Assembly (NCBI GenBank): GCA_965212015.1
Contig: OZ243037.1
Coordinates: forward strand, 1,120,001 to 1,184,000
DNA length: 64,000 nt
Direction: 5' to 3'
Source: Cenarchaeum sp.
GTDB taxonomy: Archaea; Thermoproteota; Nitrososphaeria; Nitrososphaerales; Nitrosopumilaceae
Shown one piece after another: positions 51,323-61,800 of the stretch. Within the stretch, counting starts at the first letter, position 1; each line of letters opens with the position of its first letter. A model generated the notes under the pieces. It did no database searches and was not told the DNA's origin. It saw only the letters and a program-made list of their open reading frames with translations. A program made the translations under genes and the position numbers.

Positions 51323-51586
51323 CTACCATTCACCCTTGCCCTCGTATTCCGTGGGCTTTGCATTCGGGTTGGACTCCCTGAACCGCCAGACCTGCCAGAC
51401 TATCGTACCGGACACTATCGCCCCGATGGTAAAGGCCACCACCATCATTCTAAAAAACAGGTTCCAGATCTCGACTCTGCGATCAAGATACTGGCCCGGC
51501 TCGTCTGCTGCCGCATGGACGTATCCGGCAGCCGGTATGATGACAAGTATTGAAAACACCAAGAATAACCCGATTATTTTCCTCAT
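51323..51586 (-). CDS. oxidase subunit II N-terminal TM-like small subunit
   Basis: Two hydrophobic segments, VWRFRE motif, abuts coxB. Confidence 0.7.
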   Translation of the reverse strand: MRKIIGLFLVFSILVIIPAAGYVHAAADEPGQYLDRRVEIWNLFFRMMVVAFTIGAIVSGTIVWQVWRFRESNPNAKPTEYEGKGEW

Positions 51587-51643
51587 GACCGAATGGTTGT
51601 GATGCCCTGAAAATTCTATTTAAGGGTTTTGAAGATAATCGGC

Positions 51644-52267
51644 CTACCATTGCTGATCGAATCGCGCGGGATCCATTACATTGATGGCCTTTAGCGAAAG
51701 ATCCCCCTCATACTCGTCAAAGACCGTCAGTGACGCATTGGCCACTATAAGCTCAAAGAGGAACTGCGGCTTTAAGTCGATCACCGTGGACAGCATGGCC
51801 TTGATGGGATCCATGTGGGTCACAAACAGGATGTTTTGGCCCTTGTGCTGCGTGATTGCCTCCCCGACCATACCGGACATGCGCTTTTTGACCTCGGCGA
51901 ACGTCTCTACGCCGTTGTGTGCAAGCTCCAGATCGCCTGAATAGAATTTCAAAAACACATTGCCGTGGGCGGACATTATATCATCATACTTCATGCCGGT
52001 AAACTTGCCCATGTCAAGCTCGATCAGCCTGTCGTCTGCGACCACGTCAGCAGAGTTGCATTCTGCGACAATCTCTGCTGTGTGCCTTGCCCTGTCTATG
52101 GGACTGGTATAGATTTTCGAGACGTTCATGCCCCGGACCAGCTCTGCTGCCTTTTTGGCCTGCTCTATCCCGTTCTGGGTCAGCGGAACACCCGGCGTCC
52201 TGCCGGACAGTATGCGCTTTACGTTGTTTTGTGCCTGACCGTGTCTTAGAAAAATTACCAGGGCCAT
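51644..52267 (-). CDS. histidine phosphatase / phosphoglycerate mutase family
   Basis: RHGQ, TSP..RA..TA and VTH motifs. Confidence 0.92.
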   Translation of the reverse strand: MALVIFLRHGQAQNNVKRILSGRTPGVPLTQNGIEQAKKAAELVRGMNVSKIYTSPIDRARHTAEIVAECNSADVVADDRLIELDMGKFTGMKYDDIMSAHGNVFLKFYSGDLELAHNGVETFAEVKKRMSGMVGEAITQHKGQNILFVTHMDPIKAMLSTVIDLKPQFLFELIVANASLTVFDEYEGDLSLKAINVMDPARFDQQW

Positions 52268-52317
52268 GTTTCATTCGATTTAAAAGAGATAATAATAACA
52301 TTGCCAGCCAAGGACAC

Positions 52318-52986
52318 ATGAGGATTGGAATTATCGGCGGCACCGGCGGAATGGGAAAGGGGTTTGCCATCAGGTGGTGCAGGAACAACGAGATAATAAT
52401 CGGCTCGAGGGACGCAACAAAGGCCGCAGACGCGGCAAAAAAATACGGCGAGCTTGCCAAAACGTACGGCCTGATGGACGGCGGCATAACCGGGGGTGAC
52501 AACATACGCGTCGCAGAGAAAAGCGACGTCCTGGTCCTGTCAATACCGTACGAGAACATCGACTCTGTATGCCCGGAGATTCTTCCGGAGATCAAAGACG
52601 ACTGCGTGGTGATATCGCCGATCGTCCCCATGGTCAAGACCGACGTGGGATTCGAGTTTGTCCCGCTGAGGGACAAAAAGCCGTTCTCGCACGAGCTTGT
52701 CTCAAAATACATGAAAAACAGCGACAACCTGGTCTCTGCATTCCATGTAATCTCTGAGAAAAAGCTGGTCAACCCGAGCCTGGATCTGGATTACGACATT
52801 TTTGTGTGCGGCGATGGCGCAGACGCCATAAAGACTGTCAACTCGCTGATAAACGAGATCAGGGGGCTGCGCCCCGTTTATCTTGGCCCCGGCGCGCTCT
52901 CATACATGGCCGAGATTGCAACCCCGCTGCTGCTAAACGCAATGATAAGAAACAAGCTGAAAAACCCCGGAATAAAGATCGTCTAA
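52318..52986 (+). CDS. npdG: F420H2:NADP+ oxidoreductase
   Basis: MRIGIIGGTGGMG, IGSR and VSAFH motifs. Confidence 0.9.
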   Translation: MRIGIIGGTGGMGKGFAIRWCRNNEIIIGSRDATKAADAAKKYGELAKTYGLMDGGITGGDNIRVAEKSDVLVLSIPYENIDSVCPEILPEIKDDCVVISPIVPMVKTDVGFEFVPLRDKKPFSHELVSKYMKNSDNLVSAFHVISEKKLVNPSLDLDYDIFVCGDGADAIKTVNSLINEIRGLRPVYLGPGALSYMAEIATPLLLNAMIRNKLKNPGIKIV

Positions 52987-53220
52987 ATGTGCGCACAATA
53001 CTATCGCCGCGGCAGGAACTGGCTTACTGCGATGGGAATACTGTTTATAGTCTCTGCCGGTATAGTCCTCGTCAGGCAGGTAATCCTGTGGACGCCGGAT
53101 TTTGTTGCGGATTTTTTGCTCGACTCGAACGTTACAAGCGAAAAGATATCAGTGGCAATGATTGCGTTTGGCGGCATACTGCTGGCGCTGGGGTTCAGAA
53201 GGCATGATCGGCCAGACTAG
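52987..53220 (+). CDS. small two-TM membrane protein
   Basis: Two hydrophobic helices, within an operon. Confidence 0.6.
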   Translation: MCAQYYRRGRNWLTAMGILFIVSAGIVLVRQVILWTPDFVADFLLDSNVTSEKISVAMIAFGGILLALGFRRHDRPD

Positions 53221-53605
53221 GTTTCTAAAGTCACAAAAGGTGCTCAGGCTGGCGACTCTGGGCGCGGGGGGGCGCCTGCACATTACCCCCGTGTGGTATT
53301 TGTTTCGCGAGGGCAGGTTCTATGTGGGAACCAACACCGGCACGAAAAAGGCAAGAAACATACGCAGGAAAAAACAGGTCGCCTTTTGCGTCGATGTGGG
53401 GGTCAACTCGCCTGACATTACAGGCGTAACGGGGCAGGGACGCGCAAGGCTGATTCTTGAAAGACTCGAGGTGGCAAGGATTGCCAGGGCCATACTGAAA
53501 AGGTACTACAAATCGCTGCAAGACGAGTCCGCAAAAAAGCTTCTGGCCGATACGGACTGCATAATAGAGATAACACCGGACGGCTATGCTAGCTGGAGCT
53601 ATTAA
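53204..53605 (+). CDS. pyridoxamine 5'-phosphate oxidase-like (flavin/F420-binding) protein
   Basis: LRLAT, HITPVWY and KKARNI..VAFCVD motifs. Confidence 0.88.
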   Translation: MIGQTRFLKSQKVLRLATLGAGGRLHITPVWYLFREGRFYVGTNTGTKKARNIRRKKQVAFCVDVGVNSPDITGVTGQGRARLILERLEVARIARAILKRYYKSLQDESAKKLLADTDCIIEITPDGYASWSY

Positions 53606-54770
53606 CAAAGCGCTCAATTCTGTCCATGGCGGAGCTCAGCACTGCCGGCTCTGGCAGGTACACGATTCTGAAATGACTGCTGCCGTACTTTGTTCCGAAT
53701 CCCGAGCCGTGTACGGTGAGCACCCCCTCATCCTCCAGTAGCTTGAGGACAAACTCCCTGTCTGAGGAAAAACGGTTCTCGATAATCCTCGGAAACGCGT
53801 AAAACGCGCCCCTGGGATTGGTGCACGAGAGTCCCGGCATGGAGTCCAGCCGCCCCATCACCAGATCCCTGCGTTTTTTTACCTCAGAGACAAACTTTGC
53901 GATATAGTCCTGCGGTCCGCGCAATGATTCCAGTGCGGCGTGCTGGAAGGGGAGGTTTGTGGATATTCTGACGCGCGCAAGCTTGGGCAGATGCTCCCGT
54001 ATTGCCTCAAGCCGGGGCGAGTTGTTAAACCCCACATAGCCGACACGCCATCCCGACATCAGGTGCACCTTGGAGAAGCCGTTGAGCAGTATCACCGGCG
54101 AGTCGCCCGCCACGCTTCCGATTCCGGCGAACTTTTCATCAAAGACTATCTGATCGTATATCTCGTCGCAGATTATGTACAGGTCGTTTTCGTTTGCCAC
54201 ATCAACTAGCCGCTTGAGGGAGGCGGCATCAAACACGGCGCCGGTCGGATTGTTGGGGCTGATCAGGCAGACTGCTATAGTCCTCGGGGTGATCTTTGAT
54301 CGTATGTCCTCAATGTCCGGCGCAGAGTTTTCCAGATCGACTGCAAACTCTACTGGCGTTCCGCCGTGCAGCCGGACGTACGACGCGTACGGCGGGTAAT
54401 ACGGGCCGGGCAGCAGCACCTCGTCGCCCTGCTCCACTATAGAGGAGAGCACCATGTCTAGCGCCTCAGACACCCCGTTGGTCACAAGAATGTCGTCACC
54501 GGACACGTCCAGCCCCTTTCTTTTTTCCTTGATTGCAATCTCGTCTCGAAGCTCCGGCAGTCCTTCGGATGGCGAGTAAAAGTTCTGGTCCCCCCGGACT
54601 GCCTCGATCAGGGCGCGCTTTACGTTCTCAGGCGGCTGGAATCCAAACTGCACCGGATCGCCAATGTTGAGATAGTCCACCGACCGTCCCTGCCGCTCCA
54701 GCGCCCTTGCGGCAACCACAATGTCCCGTATTGCATACTCTACGCCCTTTACTTTTTTTGATATTTTCAA
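53589..54770 (-). CDS. class I/II PLP aminotransferase (alanine aminotransferase-like)
   Basis: LNIGDP, PNNPTG, DEIY and FSKVHLMSGWRVG motifs. Confidence 0.93.
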   Translation of the reverse strand: MKISKKVKGVEYAIRDIVVAARALERQGRSVDYLNIGDPVQFGFQPPENVKRALIEAVRGDQNFYSPSEGLPELRDEIAIKEKRKGLDVSGDDILVTNGVSEALDMVLSSIVEQGDEVLLPGPYYPPYASYVRLHGGTPVEFAVDLENSAPDIEDIRSKITPRTIAVCLISPNNPTGAVFDAASLKRLVDVANENDLYIICDEIYDQIVFDEKFAGIGSVAGDSPVILLNGFSKVHLMSGWRVGYVGFNNSPRLEAIREHLPKLARVRISTNLPFQHAALESLRGPQDYIAKFVSEVKKRRDLVMGRLDSMPGLSCTNPRGAFYAFPRIIENRFSSDREFVLKLLEDEGVLTVHGSGFGTKYGSSHFRIVYLPEPAVLSSAMDRIERFVNSSS

Positions 54771-54881
54771 GGAATTACACAGGCCCGTACCATACTATAA
54801 CATATCGCTTTGTTGCGGCGCGCGAATCCGGGTCGGGCCCGCATTTGTTAGATTTTTAGAGCGGTGCGGTTTTGTAGTGTT

Positions 54882-54956
54882 GGACTCGTAGCACAGTCAG
54901 GACAGTGCGGGCGGCTTCGGACCGCCAGGTCGAGGGATCGAAGCCCTCCGAGCCCT
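54882..54956 (+). tRNA. tRNA-Arg(TCG)
   Basis: Cloverleaf with GGCGG-CTTCGGA-CCGCC anticodon arm; A3-C70 mismatch. Confidence 0.88.
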
Positions 54957-55079
54957 TTCCATAAATCCGCAGGCCGGCGCCGGCCTTTTTGCAGACATGC
55001 AAAAATTCCGCAGCCGGCAAAATGACGGGTGCGGGACTGCCCCAGCCAACTATATTAGGCATCATAGCCAATTGCACGC

Positions 55080-55319
55080 ATGAGCCCCGGAATCGGACTG
55101 ATGAGGCGAAGGCTGGAAAAGAAACAGGATGCAGTATCGCTTGCCACCTCCGGGGTTGCAAAAAAATACGGCGTCGGGGCGGCCGCAATCAAGACCCTGG
55201 AGACAAAGTACGACGACGATGCCGGGGACTGGTATGTCGCACTGGGCTGGGCCGAAAAGCGGGCCGTAATAAGGATGGATTCCGTCCAGGCCACAATTAC
55301 GGAAATTAAAGAGATTTAA
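55080..55319 (+). CDS. small hypothetical protein
   Basis: ORF with a PepSY-like helix-strand pattern; start uncertain. Confidence 0.6.
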   Translation: MSPGIGLMRRRLEKKQDAVSLATSGVAKKYGVGAAAIKTLETKYDDDAGDWYVALGWAEKRAVIRMDSVQATITEIKEI

Positions 55320-55343
55320 TCATCTTGTACAGCATACCATCCA

Positions 55344-55991
55344 GTGACTGACGCAATAGTAATCGGGGGTTCCAGGGGAATTGGAAAGGCAATCGCCGAC
55401 GCCCTCAGATTAATTGACTGTACGGTGACTGCCACCTCAAAGTCGCAGGTTGACACCTCGAATCCGGACAGTGTCAGACAATTCGCACAAAAAAACCCCC
55501 AGACCGATGTCCTGGTGTTAAACACGGGCGGGCCGCCGCCAATAGAGTTTCATTCCGTAACACAGGAGGACTGGGAGAAATACCACAACCAGCTGTTTTT
55601 GGGGTTTTGCATACTGTTACAGAACATTACGATCAGAGACGGCGGATACGTATTTCTCATAAGCTCAAGTGTGATCAAGGAACCCAGTCCAAGGCTGGTC
55701 ATATCGGGGGCGTACCGCTCTGCGTTTAGCAGCGTCTTTAAGGTTCTCAGCAAGGATCTTGCCGCAAGGGACGTCAGCTGCGTCAACATCGCCCCCGGCC
55801 CGATAAACACCGACAGGACGCGCGAGCTTGTGGAGGACGTGGAAAAGTTCCGGTCCGGACTCCCGATGAAAAGGCTCGGCGAGCCCGCAGAGATTGGGGA
55901 CTTTGTAAGGTGTATAGTACAGAACAGGATAAAATATCTGTCCGGTGTGACGATTAATTTTGACGGCGCAAGCTCGGCGCATCTGTTCTAG
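55344..55991 (+). CDS. SDR-family oxidoreductase
   Basis: GGSRGIG, LNTGGP and IAPGPINT motifs. Confidence 0.92.
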   Translation: MTDAIVIGGSRGIGKAIADALRLIDCTVTATSKSQVDTSNPDSVRQFAQKNPQTDVLVLNTGGPPPIEFHSVTQEDWEKYHNQLFLGFCILLQNITIRDGGYVFLISSSVIKEPSPRLVISGAYRSAFSSVFKVLSKDLAARDVSCVNIAPGPINTDRTRELVEDVEKFRSGLPMKRLGEPAEIGDFVRCIVQNRIKYLSGVTINFDGASSAHLF

Positions 55992-56626
55992 GATTTCTTG
56001 AACTCTATGTTTGGCGCATCGGTATTGCCTGCAACGACTAGCAGTCCGCCGTCGGTGAGCTGCTTTACTAGCTGCATTACCTCCTTTTCCACCTGGCCCC
56101 TCTGCAGTCCGGTCTGCTGTGCAAAGATATCCACAAGCTCCGTCATTTTCCGCTCTCCGTTACACGACTTCCAAAAGTCAATGATTGCCTGGTTTACCAT
56201 GAATCCCTGCTCGTGCTCGTTTGCAAGAACCATAGAGCCGTCCTCCTGCTTTACCAGCTTTCCCACGCCCTGCGGCATGGCAGTCTCGTAGTTTATCGGC
56301 GCCGGAGTCGCCATTCCCGTTCCCATGCTCTTGAGCGTGGCCCTTGCATCGTCTGATAGCTTGTCCATCGTCCATGGCGGATCCCACACGATGTCAATGT
56401 TGACATTGTTTACGCCGGGGACTTTTTTTGCATACCTGGTCACGTCGGATACCAGCGTCTCGTGCAGCGGGCACCCCTGGGTGGTCATGGTCATCTTTAT
56501 GTTGACATTGTCGTTTTTTACGTCAATGCCGTATATCAGGCCCATGTCGACTATATTTATCGGAACCTCGGGATCCATGCACTGCTTGAGGGAGGTCCTT
56601 ACGGCCTCCGGCGTCACGACACTCAT
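55988..56626 (-). CDS. DUF59/SufT-like Fe-S assembly protein with a C-terminal PqqD-like domain
   Basis: DPEVPINIVDMGLIY, TTQGCP and VWDPPW motifs. Confidence 0.88.
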   Translation of the reverse strand: MSVVTPEAVRTSLKQCMDPEVPINIVDMGLIYGIDVKNDNVNIKMTMTTQGCPLHETLVSDVTRYAKKVPGVNNVNIDIVWDPPWTMDKLSDDARATLKSMGTGMATPAPINYETAMPQGVGKLVKQEDGSMVLANEHEQGFMVNQAIIDFWKSCNGERKMTELVDIFAQQTGLQRGQVEKEVMQLVKQLTDGGLLVVAGNTDAPNIEFKKS

Positions 56627-56665
56627 GTTTATACCAAAAAATGGGAAAACAATAAAAACTTTCTA

Positions 56666-57712
56666 TTAGTTAGCTTTGAATAATTTTCCGATGGATTCCC
56701 CGTACGGGGGCCTTGCTATGGCCTTTTCGGTGATTATTCCCGAGACTAGCTCCGGCGGGGTCACGTCAAATGCGGGATTGATCACGCCGATTCCGTCTGG
56801 CGCGGTTTTTTTGCCCCCCATTCCGGTGACCTCGCTTGCCTTTCTCTGCTCGATTACAATGTCATCCGTGCCGCTCTCCAGGTCAAACGTCGAAAGCGGC
56901 GCTGCCACGTAAAACGGGATTTCGTGCCGCTTTGCCATGATTGCAATCTGGTAGGTGCCAATCTTGTTGTAAACGTGTCCGGTGCGCAGGATTCTGTCCG
57001 CGCCCACTATTATCCTGTCGACTAGGCCTGCGGCCATCGAGTATCCCACCGCGGTGTCAGGTATCAGGCTGACATCAATGCCGTCGTGCTTTAGCTCAAA
57101 CGCAGTAAGCCGGGAGCCCTGCTGTACGGGCCTGGTCTCAGTAGCTATCACCCTGATGCTTTTTCCGCTGTCCCTTACGGCCCTGATGACGCCCAGCGCG
57201 GTGCCGTATGCGACGGTTGCAAGCGCGCCTGCGTTGCAGTGCGTCAGTATTGTGTCATTGTCCTCAAAGAGCGCCGAGCCGTTCCTGCCCATCTCCATGT
57301 TGATTCGTATGTCGTCTTGGGCCATCTGTTTTGCAGAATCAACTATCTCTGACTTTATTTCACGTATGGCAGTCCCCCTGTTTGCCACGCCCATTATCCT
57401 GTCCAGGCCCCACTTGAGGTTTACCGCAGTGGGCCTGGTATTATACAGGACGTCCCTTGCCTCGTTCAGGTCCGCTAGCAGCTCGTCTTTTGAGGCGGCG
57501 CGGCTTTGCAGGCAGGCAAGGGCCAGGCCGAACGCGCCGGACACCCCTATCGCCGGCGCCCCCCTTATGACAAGGGTCCTGATTGCGTCGGCCACCTGGT
57601 GATAGTCGTCATACGTCACAAAGACCAGCTCGTTTGGAAGCCTGGTCTGATCAATCATTATTACCTTGCCGTCCTTCCACTCGATGGTCTTCAGGGGGCC
57701 CGAATCATTCAT
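56666..57712 (-). CDS. mtnA: methylthioribose-1-phosphate isomerase
   Basis: IRGAPAIG, RPTAVNL, THCNAGALAT and ETRP motifs. Confidence 0.93.
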   Translation of the reverse strand: MNDSGPLKTIEWKDGKVIMIDQTRLPNELVFVTYDDYHQVADAIRTLVIRGAPAIGVSGAFGLALACLQSRAASKDELLADLNEARDVLYNTRPTAVNLKWGLDRIMGVANRGTAIREIKSEIVDSAKQMAQDDIRINMEMGRNGSALFEDNDTILTHCNAGALATVAYGTALGVIRAVRDSGKSIRVIATETRPVQQGSRLTAFELKHDGIDVSLIPDTAVGYSMAAGLVDRIIVGADRILRTGHVYNKIGTYQIAIMAKRHEIPFYVAAPLSTFDLESGTDDIVIEQRKASEVTGMGGKKTAPDGIGVINPAFDVTPPELVSGIITEKAIARPPYGESIGKLFKAN

Positions 57713-57780
57713 TTCATCAAAGCTTTTTGAACCATATTTAAAATGGATCGGGCGTGGTTAACCGTTATATTTTCAGCCGC

Positions 57781-58803
57781 ATGCACAAAGGACACTTGGA
57801 CCTGAAAACGCTTGAAAAAATCGACTCTGGAAACATGCATTCCGTATACGACAGGTGGCCTGAAATCGCCAGGGAGCAGTTCGGGGCGGATTTTGAGCCG
57901 TTTGACTGCGGGGATCGCAGGCACATAGTCTTTGCCGGCATGGGCGGCTCGGGGGCAATCAACAATGTGTTTTCATCCATACTATCAAAGACCGGCGTTC
58001 ACGTCGACGTGGTAAAGGGGTACCTGCTGCCCAGGACTGCCGATTCGGACTCGCTTGTGGTGGCCACTAGCATATCTGGCAACACCGCAGAGACGCTCAC
58101 CGTGCTGAGGCAGGCAAAAAAGACCGGATGCAAGACAGTCGCGTTCTCAAGCGGCGGCATTATGCGGGACTATTGCGGGAAAAACGGCGTCGGGTTTTGG
58201 GAGATCCCGTCCCACCACTCCCCGAGGGCCTCCTTTACGTCGTTTCTCTACTCGATGCTAAAGATCCTGCATCCCGTCTTGCCCATAGACGGCTCAGACA
58301 TTGCCGAATCGCTGACGCTCATGGAAAAGCTGCGCGACAAGATACATTCCGGGAACCTTTCCGGGTGTAATAGCGCGCTGGATCTTGCCGCATGGCTGCC
58401 CCGAATTCCGGTGATTTATTATCCGTGGGGGCTGGAATCTGCCGCAATACGCTTCAAGAACTCGCTGCAGGAGAACTCAAAGATGCACGCAATGGCAGAG
58501 GACGTCATAGAGGCGTGCCACAACGGAATAGTGTCCCTCCGGGAGGGCGGCGAGGTAAGACCCGTACTGGTCAGGGGGGCGCAGGACTATGAAAAGACGC
58601 AGCAGAGATGGGAGATACTCAAGGAGCTCTTTGAGAAAAAGGGCATAAAATACAAAGAGGTCTTTTCGCCGCCAGGCAGCATACTTGCAAAGCTAATCGG
58701 CCTCATCTATCTGTTTGACTATTGCTCAATCTACAGGGCCGCCCTTGACGGGACGGATCCCACCCCTGTTGAGGCGATAAACTTTGTAAAAAAGAGGCTG
58801 TAA
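57781..58803 (+). CDS. bifunctional phosphoglucose/phosphomannose isomerase (SIS)
   Basis: GMGGSG, SISGNTAET, ENSK and EACHN motifs. Confidence 0.9.
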   Translation: MHKGHLDLKTLEKIDSGNMHSVYDRWPEIAREQFGADFEPFDCGDRRHIVFAGMGGSGAINNVFSSILSKTGVHVDVVKGYLLPRTADSDSLVVATSISGNTAETLTVLRQAKKTGCKTVAFSSGGIMRDYCGKNGVGFWEIPSHHSPRASFTSFLYSMLKILHPVLPIDGSDIAESLTLMEKLRDKIHSGNLSGCNSALDLAAWLPRIPVIYYPWGLESAAIRFKNSLQENSKMHAMAEDVIEACHNGIVSLREGGEVRPVLVRGAQDYEKTQQRWEILKELFEKKGIKYKEVFSPPGSILAKLIGLIYLFDYCSIYRAALDGTDPTPVEAINFVKKRL

Positions 58804-58839
58804 GGTTTGGATTTCCGCTAGCACGGATCCCGGAAAAAA

Positions 58840-59205
58840 CTAGTCTAGCTTTTTGTCAATGTCGGCCATTTTGTCCTGGAATTTCTTGTATTTTTTGGTC
58901 CAGCGATTCAGCGAGACTAGCTGCATTACTCCCAGCCCCATTACAATTGCAACAAGGGCTATAAAGCCGATTACTACTGCCGTCACAATGTCAAACACGC
59001 CTGCCAGCGACTGCAACTCCTCGTCGGCTGCGCTGGTCTGCAAGTCGTGATGCACGGTTACGACTATTAACAGTATGGCAATCATGGCCACTGCCAGCGG
59101 AACTATTATCAGCCCTATGAGTATCGCAAATATCCTGCTTGTCTTTTTTATCTGATCTGCAACGCCGTCCATTATACCAGAGATGCCGCCCTGATCCTCG
59201 CTCAT
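58840..59205 (-). CDS. two-TM hypothetical protein
   Basis: Two hydrophobic helices; overlaps the HTH gene stop. Confidence 0.7.
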   Translation of the reverse strand: MSEDQGGISGIMDGVADQIKKTSRIFAILIGLIIVPLAVAMIAILLIVVTVHHDLQTSAADEELQSLAGVFDIVTAVVIGFIALVAIVMGLGVMQLVSLNRWTKKYKKFQDKMADIDKKLD

Positions 59206-59501
59206 GTATGATCACCTTTGTGGTCCCTGGGAAACATCTCCTCGTAGGGCTCGAGGATCATCCTGCCGAACTCTTGTCCCTTCGGGGTCATCCTGTATTT
59301 TACTATGGTCTTGCTTCCCCACGGCTCCCTGCTTGCAGTAAGCAGCCCTTTTTTCTCCATGTCCTCGATGATTTCCTTGTGCTTTTTCATGTTCAGGCCG
59401 CAGTAGCTTATCAGCTTTGTCTGGTTGAGCTCGCCGTGCTCTGTGAGCATCAGTATTATGTCCCTCCGAATGTATGTTCTGTCCCTAGGATCTGCGACCA
59501 G
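59202..59501 (-). CDS. winged-helix transcriptional regulator (CTG start inferred)
   Basis: RDRTYI..DII, LISYCGLN and YRMTPKG motifs. Confidence 0.8.
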   Translation of the reverse strand: MVADPRDRTYIRRDIILMLTEHGELNQTKLISYCGLNMKKHKEIIEDMEKKGLLTASREPWGSKTIVKYRMTPKGQEFGRMILEPYEEMFPRDHKGDHT

Positions 59502-59654
59502 CGTGTCTCACCAACTGTTTTTATCCCGTCTTTATTTACACATATCCCGGTATTCACTCCCAACAGCTCAAATTAATTGATTTAAGTCTAGCTTAACCTC
59601 GTTAATTAATCGGGTTGAACAAGCCCTTTTATCTGATATGCGTATCATACACCA

Positions 59655-60017
59655 ATGACAGAAAAAAGATCTCTGGTGGCAAAGGACAGGGTAAGCCTGA
59701 AATGGCAGGCGCTGTTTTCGGTGATCGGCCTGCTTGACATCTGGGCGTTTTACAGGATTCAAAAGCTGCGCAGGGCCATGCTGCTTGTTGTGGTTCCCGG
59801 AATCATGGTGTGGTTTGTGGTGCCGGGACTGGTTTTGGGCGCCGGGCACGATATCGAGGGCTATGCAGAGATGGAGGAATATGACGAAGAGATTCACGAG
59901 CAGTATCTGCCGCCGTCTGTCCCGGTTTTGGGCACGGTAATTACCGTGGGATTCGCAGCGTGGTCGATATATCTGATCGTCAGATGGTCCAAGGAATGGA
60001 ACAGGCAGTTTGCGTGA
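59655..60017 (+). CDS. membrane hypothetical protein
   Basis: Three hydrophobic segments. Confidence 0.7.
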   Translation: MTEKRSLVAKDRVSLKWQALFSVIGLLDIWAFYRIQKLRRAMLLVVVPGIMVWFVVPGLVLGAGHDIEGYAEMEEYDEEIHEQYLPPSVPVLGTVITVGFAAWSIYLIVRWSKEWNRQFA

Positions 60018-60177
60018 ATCATCCAGTCCTGTATGAGCGCCAGCCCGTGCAGGCAATCCCTTTTTTATGCCCGCAGACGCAGGGGTGCGTCATGCGCACA
60101 TTTGGCAGATGCGCGCGAATCGGCCTCGCGACTGGTACAGGCATAAAAAATATTAGTACAGGTCTGCAAAAAAACCC

Positions 60178-60651
60178 GTGAACAAGGCCGCACCTGCAAT
60201 AATCATACCGTCAGTCGCCATAGCAATCATTGCCATAGTCTTTGTGCTTCCCAGCCCCGAATGCGACGCGCAGGCGGATCCAGGCTGCGATCCCAAGGAA
60301 CACGACAGCGTGTGGTCAGGCCCCATCGGGGTGACAAAATACGAGCACAAGCTTGGCGATAACATTTATTTTTTGATCAGGAACCTGCAGCCGCACGAGA
60401 GCGGCGTCATGGGGGTGTTTACCCCAAACGGGATCCTGTACAAGACCATAGAGTATGACGGATCAAAAAAGTCCGACTTTAACCAGTTCTTCTTTCCGGA
60501 TACGACAAAGACGCTGGGCATCTGCACCCCCGAGGAGCTAGTCGGAATCTGGAAGGTCGTGTTTGCAAACGGGGCATACGCCCCGCTCGAGTTTGAGATG
60601 AGCGACCAGTACATCGGCGGCGGCGAAAAAATCGTAAATACCGTCTGCTAG
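60178..60651 (+). CDS. exported hypothetical protein
   Basis: Signal anchor and beta-rich domain. Confidence 0.7.
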   Translation: MNKAAPAIIIPSVAIAIIAIVFVLPSPECDAQADPGCDPKEHDSVWSGPIGVTKYEHKLGDNIYFLIRNLQPHESGVMGVFTPNGILYKTIEYDGSKKSDFNQFFFPDTTKTLGICTPEELVGIWKVVFANGAYAPLEFEMSDQYIGGGEKIVNTVC

Positions 60652-60977
60652 CCGCCCAAGGAGTTGTGAAAGCAGGTGCGCTCGCCGGTGTGGCATGCGG
60701 GACCGGACGGCTCCACCACATAGATGATTGCATCAGAATCGCAGTCGACTAGGATCTCTTTGATTTTTTGTACATTGCCGGATTCCTCGCCCTTCATCCA
60801 CAGTTTTTTCCTTGATCTGCTGTAAAACCAAGAGTTGCCGGTTTTTTTTGCAAGCCTGAGGGACTCTTCGTTTGCGTACGCCAGAGTCAGAATCTCCCCG
60901 GTGGCGGCATCCTGCACTATAACGGGAACCAGGCCGCCGCTCTTTGCAAAGTCGACGTCACCGATTGTTCTTTCCAT
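60648..60977 (-). CDS. hisI: phosphoribosyl-AMP cyclohydrolase
   Basis: [18 protein letters not shown] and ACHTG motifs. Confidence 0.95.
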   Translation of the reverse strand: MERTIGDVDFAKSGGLVPVIVQDAATGEILTLAYANEESLRLAKKTGNSWFYSRSRKKLWMKGEESGNVQKIKEILVDCDSDAIIYVVEPSGPACHTGERTCFHNSLGG

Positions 60978-60999
60978 ATGGTTCCTGCCGAATGGTATC

Positions 61000-61800
61000 T
61001 TATAACCGTACAGGGATTTTTCTCTCCCGCAGCAGCCGCTTTGTCGCCGCAATCCCGTGCGAGTCATAGTGAAATATGGATGCGGCAAGGGCGGCATCCA
61101 CGCCGGAGCGCTCGAAAATCTCCGCCATGTGCTCCGGGCTGCCGCATCCGCCTGACGCAATCACCGGAACCGACACCGACCTTACAATCTCGGAGGTCAG
61201 CAGCGTGTCATAGCCGTCCTTTGTGCCGTCCCTGTCTATGCTGGTAAGCAGGATCTCACCTGCGCCCAGATCCTGCGCCCTTTTGGCCCACTCTATCGCA
61301 TCAAGGGACGTGGCAGTCCTGCCGCCGTATGAAAAGACCTCAAACCAGAATTTTTCGCCGTCCCGCCCAAAGGTGTTTTTGCCCCCCGCCGCGCGGTTTT
61401 TTTTGGCGTCAATTGCGACTACGATGCACTGCCTGCCGAACTGCGCCGACAGATCCGTGACGATTTGCGGGTTTTTGATGGCGCCCGTATTGATTGCCAC
61501 CTTGTCTGCCCCGCTTAGCAGAATGTCGCGCGCATGCTGCGGCGAGCTAATGCCGCCGCCGACGGTAAACGGAATGTCGATAACTTTTGCAATTTTTTTT
61601 ACAAGCTCAGTCATTGTCTTGCGGCCCTGCTGCGAGGCGGTGATATCCAGAAATACCAGCTCGTCTGCCCCCTCGTCGCTGTACTTTTTGGCCAGCGACA
61701 CGGGATCGCCTGCGTCCCTGATGGACTCAAAGTGCAGCCCCTTGACTACCCGCCCGTCTGCCACATCAAGGCACGGAATTATCCTCCTAGTCAGGGTCAT
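61000..61800 (-). CDS. hisF: imidazole glycerol phosphate synthase cyclase subunit
   Basis: RIIPCLDV and [13 protein letters not shown] motifs. Confidence 0.97.
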   Translation of the reverse strand: MTLTRRIIPCLDVADGRVVKGLHFESIRDAGDPVSLAKKYSDEGADELVFLDITASQQGRKTMTELVKKIAKVIDIPFTVGGGISSPQHARDILLSGADKVAINTGAIKNPQIVTDLSAQFGRQCIVVAIDAKKNRAAGGKNTFGRDGEKFWFEVFSYGGRTATSLDAIEWAKRAQDLGAGEILLTSIDRDGTKDGYDTLLTSEIVRSVSVPVIASGGCGSPEHMAEIFERSGVDAALAASIFHYDSHGIAATKRLLRERKIPVRL

